Shown here piece by piece: positions 18,359 through 25,931 of a stretch of 64,000 nt of DNA (position 1 is its first letter; every line of letters starts with the position of its first letter). Made by a program: the position numbers and the translations under genes. The DNA comes from an uncultured Pseudobdellovibrionaceae bacterium (GTDB lineage Bacteria > Bdellovibrionota > Bdellovibrionia > Bdellovibrionales > JAGQZY01): contig CAYNTO010000011.1 in NCBI GenBank assembly GCA_964400355.1, positions 8,992-72,991 on the forward strand, in the 5' to 3' direction. Under the pieces are notes generated by a model. The model was not told where the DNA came from. It made no database searches and was given only the letters and a program-made list of their open reading frames with translations.

Positions 18359-19198
18359 ATGGAAGAGTCCGTTAGCCAAATCGTCACAAAGTCCGAGCTA
18401 CTCTACGCTCAGATCGTAGAAGATGTGGTGAAATATGGTTTTAAAGTTTTGGCAGCAATTGTCATTTTGTTTGTGGGCTTTTGGGTTTCCAATCGGCTCG
18501 CAACACTGGCCAATGCTGCTCTCAGTAAGCAGAACTTTGACCCTACCATTCGCGTCTACCTTTCGCGCATATTGAGAATTCTTTTTAAAGTCATTGTGGT
18601 CATCACCGCAGCCGGAGTGGTCGGTGTGGAGACCACGTCGTTTGTTGCAGTTCTCGGTGCCGCAGGTCTTGCCGTCGGTTTGGCTCTTCAAGGAAGCCTA
18701 TCTAATTTTGCAGGCGGAGTGATGATTCTTATTCTAAGACCATTCCAGGTCGGCGATATGATTATCTCACAGGGTGAAGAGGGTGTCGTCACAGCCATTG
18801 ATGTGTTCTATACAACGTTAGTGAGAGCCGATAATCGCCGGGTGATTTTGCCCAATGGTCCACTGATTGGAAATGTGATTGTGAACAACACCGCCGAAAA
18901 CAAGCGCCGAGTTGAGGTGCAAGTAGGTATTGCCTATTCTTCCGACGTGGCTAAAGCCGAAGCGGTATTATTGAGCCTTGCGTATCAACACCCTAAGGTG
19001 CTCAAGGATCCCAGCCCCATGGTGGGGATCACGGCCTTTGGAGCAAGCTCCGTGGATTTGGTCTTCCGTGCATGGGCTCTTCCCGAAGATTACCCAAGCG
19101 TATATTTTGATCTTTACAAACAGACGAAGACGGCGCTCGATGGAGTTGGAATTTCTATTCCATTCCCTCAGCGCGAAGTGCGTATGCTCGACAAGTAA
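18359..19198 (+). CDS. MscS-family small-conductance mechanosensitive channel
   Basis: 279 aa with three N-terminal TMs. 'LSNFAGGVMILILRPFQVGDMI' and the following beta-domain are typical MscS features. Confidence 0.85.
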   Translation: MEESVSQIVTKSELLYAQIVEDVVKYGFKVLAAIVILFVGFWVSNRLATLANAALSKQNFDPTIRVYLSRILRILFKVIVVITAAGVVGVETTSFVAVLGAAGLAVGLALQGSLSNFAGGVMILILRPFQVGDMIISQGEEGVVTAIDVFYTTLVRADNRRVILPNGPLIGNVIVNNTAENKRRVEVQVGIAYSSDVAKAEAVLLSLAYQHPKVLKDPSPMVGITAFGASSVDLVFRAWALPEDYPSVYFDLYKQTKTALDGVGISIPFPQREVRMLDK

Positions 19199-20424
19199 TG
19201 AGCTGCCTGTGCTTGATGCCTTTTTCCAGTTTGCATGTGGCTCCAGATGGCAGTATTCGATTGTGCTCATCGAACACCAATATTTTATTTTCCGCGGGCC
19301 AGGTGAAATCGCTCGACGAGGCCTGGTCGCACCCATCGTACGTTAAAATTCGTAAAGCGATGCTCGAGGGCAAAAGGCCGAGTGCGTGCGTGAGCGCCTG
19401 TTACTCGCAGGAAGACGTGGGCTTGGTGAGCAAACGGAAAAAATTCAATGCGGCTAAGCTACCGGTCCGCGAGCGCGGCGCGATTTCGATGGCTACGGAT
19501 CACCCTCCCATTCGCTATCTAGATATCGCCTTCTCCAATGTGTGCAATTTAAAGTGCACCATGTGCACCAGCCATTATTCAACCGCGTGGCAAAAACCGG
19601 ATGCCGAGGCCGTGAGCGAGGGAATGACCTTTCGTCGCTCGGTGGCTCCTTATCCCGTGCTCGGAGACGAAATGCTCGAGGAGATCTTAGCACTCACACC
19701 GCAGCTTCTTGCCGTGTGGGTGAAGGGTGGTGAACCGCTCGTGGATGAAAAGTGCTTGAGCTACCTTAAAAAACTATCTGAACGCTCGGATCGCAACGAC
19801 TATCTGCATGTGTTTCTGCAGACCAACGGCACGCGCTGGAACCCCACCGTGCGCGATGCCATTCAAGGGTTAAGTCCAGAGATCGGGATCAGTATCGATG
19901 GGACTGAATCTACTTATGAATGGATTCGCGGGTTTCCGTTTGCAAAAATCGATGCAAACATTCGCGCTTTTGCCTCGGAGCCTGCAGTGGGCAAAGTGGT
20001 ATTGCAGTTCACATTGAGCGCCTACAACGTGTTCAACATCGAGGATATGATTCGCTATTTTCTAAATCTCAAGGCCTATTTTCCCAAAGTGGAAACGCTT
20101 TGTTTTGGTGGAATTGTTCGCCAGGAGTGGGGCAATGTGCATGCTGTGCCACTTGCTGTAAGGCAAACTGTCGCTGAGCGGCTGCGCGAAGTCACACGCG
20201 GAATAGAACACCATTTTGAAAACTTAGAGGGCTTGCTCAAAGTGCTCGACGCGCGGGAAGCGCGGGAAGCGTACTTTTATTCCACCGGCTACCAATGGTT
20301 ACAATTTTGTGAACGTATGCGCGGTCAGAAGCTTTCTGAAATAGATCCGCGGTTTGCAAATATTTTCCCAGAGCACACACCCGCACTCACAGCGCCGCAC
20401 ACTTCGGGCTGTAACCTAGAGTAA
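19198..20424 (+). CDS. radical SAM protein with N-terminal Cys-rich (twitch/SPASM-like) domain
   Basis: The CX3CX2C motif 'CNLKCTMC' follows 'YLDIAFSNV'. The N-terminus 'CLMPFSSLHVAPDGSIRLCSS...SLDEAWSHP...C..AC' looks like a SPASM/twitch module placed before the core. ATG 19198 overlaps the mscS stop (TAATG). Confidence 0.75.
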   Translation: MSCLCLMPFSSLHVAPDGSIRLCSSNTNILFSAGQVKSLDEAWSHPSYVKIRKAMLEGKRPSACVSACYSQEDVGLVSKRKKFNAAKLPVRERGAISMATDHPPIRYLDIAFSNVCNLKCTMCTSHYSTAWQKPDAEAVSEGMTFRRSVAPYPVLGDEMLEEILALTPQLLAVWVKGGEPLVDEKCLSYLKKLSERSDRNDYLHVFLQTNGTRWNPTVRDAIQGLSPEIGISIDGTESTYEWIRGFPFAKIDANIRAFASEPAVGKVVLQFTLSAYNVFNIEDMIRYFLNLKAYFPKVETLCFGGIVRQEWGNVHAVPLAVRQTVAERLREVTRGIEHHFENLEGLLKVLDAREAREAYFYSTGYQWLQFCERMRGQKLSEIDPRFANIFPEHTPALTAPHTSGCNLE

Positions 20425-21529
20425 AACCCAAGGGCGAGCTCACCACGTCACTGATGGTGTTCATCAATGGAGAACATTCCACCTTCTTTTTGAGATGAAC
20501 ATGGGCGCAGGATCTTTTATCGATTTCCAAATCTTCTATTTTGTCCAAATATCCGGGTTCCATGGAGTTGAGCACAACAACCCAGGCCAGGCGCGATCGA
20601 AGGCTAGAGATATCTTGCAATTTATGGTCGGCTATTGGGCCGGGAGACAAATTCTGTTGTGCGTAGGTGTTGAGAAGTGCGGTGTTTTGTAAAGCCTTGA
20701 TATCAAAGTCGGCGAGATGAAGGATGTCTTTTTTATATTGGTCATAAAGGCTCTTTTGTGTCGGAGCGAGGTGAATCATCGCGACGAGGTCAGAGAGCAC
20801 CTGCATGGAATAACGAAGCGCTCGCGCTCCACGGCGAGTTTCCAGTGGCAAAGAACCGTCTTCGCGTCGCGACTCTAAAATTTTTGGAATTTGCGCGAGT
20901 CCCTGGTTGATGAGTTCCTGATCTTTGGTGAAGACCCCAAGGAACACGTGTGCGCGCGCCGATGCTGCGGCCATATTGTGTGCAGCAAATGAATATTTCT
21001 GAGTTTCTCCAGAAACCGTGAGTTCTTCCGTGGAAGTGGTGAGGTCGTTCGCTTTGAGTAATTTTTTGAGCCATGGTTGCGCTGGGAATGATATTTTGTG
21101 ACGTTTTTCAATGGCGTAGAGGTTGACGGCGACCATGGCAGCGATTTTGTTATTACTATGGCGAATGGTGTTGCTCAGTTCAATGTCGCCACTCGCGGAG
21201 GCGGAGGAGAGAAGACGCGCCGGAATTTTTTCGAGCACGGCAGATAATTCTTCGCAGCGTTCTTTGGAACTCAAGCAGTTCTCAGCCGAAAGCAAAAAGT
21301 AGTACTCTAGCTTTTCGTAGTAGGATTCGGCGGCATAAGAGGATGCCGTCGTCGACGGCTTTTGGGGCGCCTTGGGTGCCGAGGGCGAGATCATGCAACC
21401 GCGGCTGTCCATGCGCTGAGTGTCTGCGCTCAGCACGACATCTTTAGCAGCTGGTGTGGTGCAACTCAAGGCGGAACCAACGGCCAGGAAAGCGCTCAAA
21501 TGACGAATGGTGATTATTATTTTATTCAT
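20387..21529 (-). CDS. lipoprotein, alginate-lyase (PL5 / AlgL)-like polysaccharide lyase candidate
   Basis: Signal and lipobox 'AVGSALSCT'. 'DGSLPLETRRGARALRYSMQVLSDLVAMI' parallels AlgL '[27 protein letters not shown]' (from memory). The 3' end overlaps the convergent radical SAM gene by 38 nt. Confidence 0.45.
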   Translation of the reverse strand: MNKIIITIRHLSAFLAVGSALSCTTPAAKDVVLSADTQRMDSRGCMISPSAPKAPQKPSTTASSYAAESYYEKLEYYFLLSAENCLSSKERCEELSAVLEKIPARLLSSASASGDIELSNTIRHSNNKIAAMVAVNLYAIEKRHKISFPAQPWLKKLLKANDLTTSTEELTVSGETQKYSFAAHNMAAASARAHVFLGVFTKDQELINQGLAQIPKILESRREDGSLPLETRRGARALRYSMQVLSDLVAMIHLAPTQKSLYDQYKKDILHLADFDIKALQNTALLNTYAQQNLSPGPIADHKLQDISSLRSRLAWVVVLNSMEPGYLDKIEDLEIDKRSCAHVHLKKKVECSPLMNTISDVVSSPLGFTLGYSPKCAAL

Positions 21530-22059
21530 AAGGAATAGGCCTCGAGTGCATCGAACACGATGTGGGTTCTAAGTTTAGGACTACAGTTTATAGCGGAGTG
21601 GAAATGATTCGTTTCCACGCGGTACAGGTGGCTGTCTGCGGGAATGTGATACCACTCAGGTCTGTCTTTGTAGATCAGGTAGGTATCGGGTGAAGTATCT
21701 ACCGCGATGTGATAGCGGGGTTCCATGTCGCGATGGAGTGTGTAGGAGTGTTTCTGCGTAAGAAGCATGATGCGCACCCGTCCCACTTTGTACGGGAAAG
21801 ACTTCCATATCTCTTCGAGGTACGTTCCCGCAAAGCGAGGATTGATTTTACAAAAGTCGCTCTGCGGAATCTGATGTTTTTTGAGTTGCGAGTCGTAAAT
21901 TTTTCCAGTGCCGAAGAAATCGCAGTCTGTCGTTGTCTCCGGGCACGTCAAAAGTAGCTGCTTCACTTGGCGTGAGAGCAAATCCACCGCGCCTAAAGCG
22001 GCCGAGACTTCTGCTCTTATTTGAGGCAAATCAAAGGTATAATTGAGTTTTTCCACCAT
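21526..22059 (-). CDS. aspartyl/asparaginyl beta-hydroxylase-like cupin (2OG/Fe(II) oxygenase fold)
   Basis: 'YTLHRDMEPRYHIAVDTSP...YRVETNHFHSAINCSPKLRTHIVFD' fits the H.D...H plus 'R.H.v.D' pattern of the Asp_Arg_Hydrox family. The ATG at 22059 is preferred over GTG 22107. Its stop overlaps the downstream start (ATGA). Confidence 0.5.
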   Translation of the reverse strand: MVEKLNYTFDLPQIRAEVSAALGAVDLLSRQVKQLLLTCPETTTDCDFFGTGKIYDSQLKKHQIPQSDFCKINPRFAGTYLEEIWKSFPYKVGRVRIMLLTQKHSYTLHRDMEPRYHIAVDTSPDTYLIYKDRPEWYHIPADSHLYRVETNHFHSAINCSPKLRTHIVFDALEAYSL

Positions 22060-22134
22060 GAGTTCAAGTACAGCATAAAAGGTGAAACCTGACCTGCTAC
22101 GACTCACTGCAGATCAAAGATTTTGCTCCGTAAA

Positions 22135-22171
22135 ATATAAAGCCCGGGCAGGAGCACCGGGCTTTTTTTTT
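22135..22171. terminator. hairpin terminator downstream of the M2 peptidase gene (bidirectional shape)
   Basis: Stem agcccgg (22141-22147) / ccgggct (22157-22163), 9-nt loop, a 9-T run on the plus side and an A/T-rich tract on the other. Confidence 0.7.
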
Positions 22172-22190
22172 GAACGGCGCCGAAACGAGA

Positions 22191-23951
22191 TTACCAGCCG
22201 CAGGTTTGACCTTTGTTTTGGTCCTTTAACCACGCCTCCAATGGTGCAAAGTATTCGCGAATGGCGCTTGCATCCATCTCGCGTTTTCCGGTGGCCGCCT
22301 CAAGCGCGTCGGGCCAGGGCTTGCTGATCCCCATCTGCATCATCTTCCAAAGTTTTTCGCCAGCGGCCTTGTTGTTGTAAATGGAACACTCGTGAAGTGG
22401 CCCTTTATAGCCTGCGGTCTCGCAAAGAGCGCGGTGAAACTGAAACTGGAGTATGTGCGCGATAAAATATCGGGAGTAAGGAACAAAACTTGGAACATGG
22501 TACTTGGAGCCCGCATCAAACGCGTCGTTCGGGCGCGGTGTTGGAGGAACGAGCCCCTGATATTGTTTTACCATGTCCCACCAAGCCGTGTTGTAGTTTT
22601 CAGGTTGAATACGACCATCGAAGACCTGCCAACGGTATTTGTCTGTCATTAAACCAAACGGCAAAAACGCTATTTTTTGGAGAGCCATCTGTAAAAGATA
22701 ATGAACGTCCGCATCGATCGGCTTGTCTTTGCTGGTTAAAAGTTTGATGTCCTGGAGGTATTTGCGGGTGATGGACAATTGAACAGTGTCGCCCAAAGCT
22801 TCGTGGAACCCATCGTTGGCACTGCCTTGAAACAGCATGGGCTTGTCCTTGTAGGCGAGGTAGTAATAAATGTGGCCCAGTTCGTGATGGATAGTTCTAA
22901 AGTTGTCTTCGTCGATGAGGATGCACATCTTGATGCGCACATCATCTTTTAGATCCACGTGCCAAGCGCTGGCGTGACAAACCACATCGCGGTCCCGGGG
23001 CTTGTCGAAGAGAGATTTTTCGTAGAACGATTTTGGAAGTTGCGGCATCCCCAGGGAGACGAAAAAGTTTTCCGCTGTTTTTGTCATTTTCTTAGAATCA
23101 TACTTGGCCTTTTTGAGCAGACCCGTAATATCGAGAGATTTTTTAGGATTCACGCCCACGATGTCGCTGATGTTTTCCCAGGACTGTCCCCACATGTTCC
23201 CCACCAAATGTGCGGGAATGGCGCCCGATTTGGGCACAACGTTGTCACCGTATCTTTTGTTGAGGCGTGCGCGCACGTAACAGTGCAGCTGTTCATAGAA
23301 CGGACGCACTTCTGTCCACAAGCGATCGAGATCTTTTTCGAACGCCGCTTCGGGCATATCATATTTGTTTTTCCAAAAATCAGCGAGGTGCTTGTAGCCC
23401 AACTCTTTGGAGCCTTGGTTGGCCAGCTCCACGACTTTTTGATACTTGGGTTTCATGGGAACGGAGATGGATTTCCAGCCTTCCCATGCATCTTGCAGAT
23501 CTTTCGGGCTGCGCGATTTGGCGAGAACGTCCTCAAGGTCTAAAAGATCGCGGCACTTGTTGCCTTTGCAGTACTTACCGCTGCCATACATGCTCTCCAT
23601 CTCGGCTTTGAGTTTGGTCATCTCTTCGTTCTTGGCCGCATCTTTTGGTGCCGGCAGGTTTAAAAAACCCATGAGCAAATAAAGCTGGCGTTTTTCCTCA
23701 TCGGTTTTGCCTTTGTACCTTTTTGATTCCAATGCGAGCTGGGTTCCCAGTGCGCCAAAGCGGGCGTTGGCATCGGAGGCGAGAATCGTCGTGTCCTCAG
23801 TGATAAAGTTTGTCTGCACCCACTCAGCGCGTTGAACGCCCACGATCTCTTTGGCGAGAACGGAGTTGGTGTCGGTGAGAAATGTCGCCGTGCTCTTAGC
23901 TTGAGCAATAGATGACACAATTAGTAGCAGAGTAAAAACGCTGTAATTCAT
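22191..23951 (-). CDS. M2-family zinc metallopeptidase (peptidyl-dipeptidase A / angiotensin-converting-enzyme homologue), secreted
   Basis: 'HHELGHIYY' (HEXXH) plus 'GFHEALGD' (third ligand), as in ACE. ATG 23951 follows a GGAGG RBS and gives the signal peptide MNYSVFTLLLIVSSIAQA. Confidence 0.85.
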   Translation of the reverse strand: MNYSVFTLLLIVSSIAQAKSTATFLTDTNSVLAKEIVGVQRAEWVQTNFITEDTTILASDANARFGALGTQLALESKRYKGKTDEEKRQLYLLMGFLNLPAPKDAAKNEEMTKLKAEMESMYGSGKYCKGNKCRDLLDLEDVLAKSRSPKDLQDAWEGWKSISVPMKPKYQKVVELANQGSKELGYKHLADFWKNKYDMPEAAFEKDLDRLWTEVRPFYEQLHCYVRARLNKRYGDNVVPKSGAIPAHLVGNMWGQSWENISDIVGVNPKKSLDITGLLKKAKYDSKKMTKTAENFFVSLGMPQLPKSFYEKSLFDKPRDRDVVCHASAWHVDLKDDVRIKMCILIDEDNFRTIHHELGHIYYYLAYKDKPMLFQGSANDGFHEALGDTVQLSITRKYLQDIKLLTSKDKPIDADVHYLLQMALQKIAFLPFGLMTDKYRWQVFDGRIQPENYNTAWWDMVKQYQGLVPPTPRPNDAFDAGSKYHVPSFVPYSRYFIAHILQFQFHRALCETAGYKGPLHECSIYNNKAAGEKLWKMMQMGISKPWPDALEAATGKREMDASAIREYFAPLEAWLKDQNKGQTCGW

Positions 23952-24142
23952 GAATCCTCCGGAAAAACTCGAACCTACAAAGCGGCGCTCGGGCTGGCAA
24001 GAAAATACTATAAATTCTACCCACCGCACAGACGTGTCTCCTCCCTGTTTTTACACCTCCAGGAGATTCTCAATTACATCACCAAGGGGCTAACGTAAGA
24101 CAGGGGCATTTACGGGATGACCCCGAAAAATAAGGAGTTTTT

Positions 24143-24796
24143 ATGAAAACTGTAAGTGTATTTTTAAGCGTTATCTTCAGTGTGGTGGCGGCCCAGGCGG
24201 ATCTCATGACTTTGACCCCGGGACCAGACGCGATCAATGGCGTTACTTTGTCTCAGTCGGCCGTAGTGGATGTGGCCGGAGTGCCAACAACTCTTGTGAA
24301 TGTAGGTTCGGGAATCCGCAAGAAATATTTAGTGGCTTTTTTGGGAACGCCAGTTTACGTGGCGCAGGTGTTTGCCGCGCAACCGGAGCAGTTCGTAAAA
24401 TCCAATCAAGCCAACGCGGCTCTTGAGTCTTTACAAAATCAAACTGTTGTCGCTGTGCGATTGGACTTCGTTTACAACGTGAGCGCCGATCAAGTTTACA
24501 ATGCATTTTACGATGCACTTAAAGAAAACGCCGTGAATATGGAAGACCCCACAGTGGCTGAGTTTTTGTCGTTTGTTAAAGACGGCGGCAACGCCAACAA
24601 AGGTTCGAGCATGACATTCCTTATGGTGAAAAACGCCGACGGCACTGAAACCCTCACTTATGAAGATCCGGCAAAAGCGGTAACGACGGTGACTGGCGTT
24701 GCAGGCTTTTCCCAGCAGATTCTTTCTATGTGGCTGGGGGCTATTTCATCAAACGACAAAGGCCTTAAAGAACTTAAAGAACAGATCACAAAGTAA
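24143..24796 (+). CDS. chalcone-isomerase-like (Chalcone_3) family secreted protein
   Basis: Signal peptide. 'LVNVGSGIRKKYLVAFLGTPVYVAQVF' matches the 'G.G.R.K......KvY...LY' signature. AAGGAG RBS. Confidence 0.5.
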   Translation: MKTVSVFLSVIFSVVAAQADLMTLTPGPDAINGVTLSQSAVVDVAGVPTTLVNVGSGIRKKYLVAFLGTPVYVAQVFAAQPEQFVKSNQANAALESLQNQTVVAVRLDFVYNVSADQVYNAFYDALKENAVNMEDPTVAEFLSFVKDGGNANKGSSMTFLMVKNADGTETLTYEDPAKAVTTVTGVAGFSQQILSMWLGAISSNDKGLKELKEQITK

Positions 24797-24804
24797 GGTC
24801 GAAA

Positions 24805-25722
24805 ATGAAAAATATAATTTTAGTATCAGCATGTAGTTTATTGATGGCCTGTGGAGTTGCGGATTCCATCGATTCCGTGAATGCCATGCCCGATAAAATG
24901 GATTCCGTGAACGAGAAGATGGGCAATATGCAAGAGTCCATTCGCTTGCAAAAAGTGGCCATTGCTAAAGAAAACTTGGAAAAAAGCGAAAACGCCGAGA
25001 TCCTCATGCCGGTGCCCGTGGGCCTGATGGGCTACGCGAAGCTGTTTGCTGAGAATGCCACGCTGGAGGAGATCACAGGCCAAGTGTACTTGTATCTCAA
25101 AGAGGTGAACGATGGGGTGTATCCCAAGTCTGTCGACGACGCGGGAATGGAGAAAGAGTTTACTGTTCAGGAAGTCGCTCAGATCAATCACGACAAAATG
25201 CACAAACTCACAGCCGCACAAGCCGTGTCGGGAATGCTCCCGCAGTCGGTGGTGGAGAAGCTTGTGAGCGAGTACATTCTTAAAGAGAACCGTTACCAAA
25301 AGACCGCGTATAGTATTTTGATGATGCGCTATCAGTTTTTGCGCGATGTGATGCTCAATGGTAGCTTGCTCTCGGAAACCATTGAGGATGTGGGCTCTGT
25401 TGAAAAAGCCAATGAGTACGTCTCTTACATGGACTGGATCGCCCAGCGTCCATTCATTACAAAAATCAACGTGCGCATTTATGGATTCTTACCACCATAC
25501 GGTGAATTTGTTGAGCAGCTCACGGTGGCCTCGGCAAAAGAGAATTTGCTCTCCATGTACGAAGTGATCGAGTCGCGCGCGACCAATGTGCAAAAGGTGC
25601 AAGTGCAGAGCTTGAGTGGTGATGCTGCGCTGGATGCAGCTCTCTACCAAGAGCGCACAGTGCGTTTGAATGCGGTATTAGCAACGGTGAAAAATCGCAC
25701 GGCGTACTGGAATTCGAAATAA
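24805..25722 (+). CDS. hypothetical lipoprotein
   Basis: 305 aa with lipobox 'SLLMACGV'. It starts 8 nt after the upstream gene. The body is helical and charged, and no family is recognised. Confidence 0.6.
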   Translation: MKNIILVSACSLLMACGVADSIDSVNAMPDKMDSVNEKMGNMQESIRLQKVAIAKENLEKSENAEILMPVPVGLMGYAKLFAENATLEEITGQVYLYLKEVNDGVYPKSVDDAGMEKEFTVQEVAQINHDKMHKLTAAQAVSGMLPQSVVEKLVSEYILKENRYQKTAYSILMMRYQFLRDVMLNGSLLSETIEDVGSVEKANEYVSYMDWIAQRPFITKINVRIYGFLPPYGEFVEQLTVASAKENLLSMYEVIESRATNVQKVQVQSLSGDAALDAALYQERTVRLNAVLATVKNRTAYWNSK

Positions 25723-25754
25723 TTCGATTCCACCAGATCGTGCATTTGACTCAT

Positions 25755-25785
25755 AAAGGAGCAGTTTTCACTGCTCCTTTTTTTA
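25755..25785 (+). terminator. Rho-independent terminator
   Basis: Stem ggagcag (25758-25764) / ctgctcc (25771-25777), loop ttttca, then a 7-T run. Confidence 0.85.
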
Positions 25786-25931
25786 TTGTCTAATCGTTTC
25801 CATTATTGCCGTGATTGGCTTTACATTGGTCCAGGGTTTCGAGCAGGTTCTTGGATCAGTTTTTTCTCTTATGTGGCGTTGGCGGGCCCTACGCGCTCCA
25901 TCAATATATAGCAAATTCCGATAAATACCCC

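Noticed and set aside
25815-25931. TTG-initiated N-terminal extension of the CHASE2 cyclase ORF
   Set aside because: ATG 25932 gives the expected short cytoplasmic N-terminus followed by a TM helix. The extension runs into the promoter region just after the upstream terminator.
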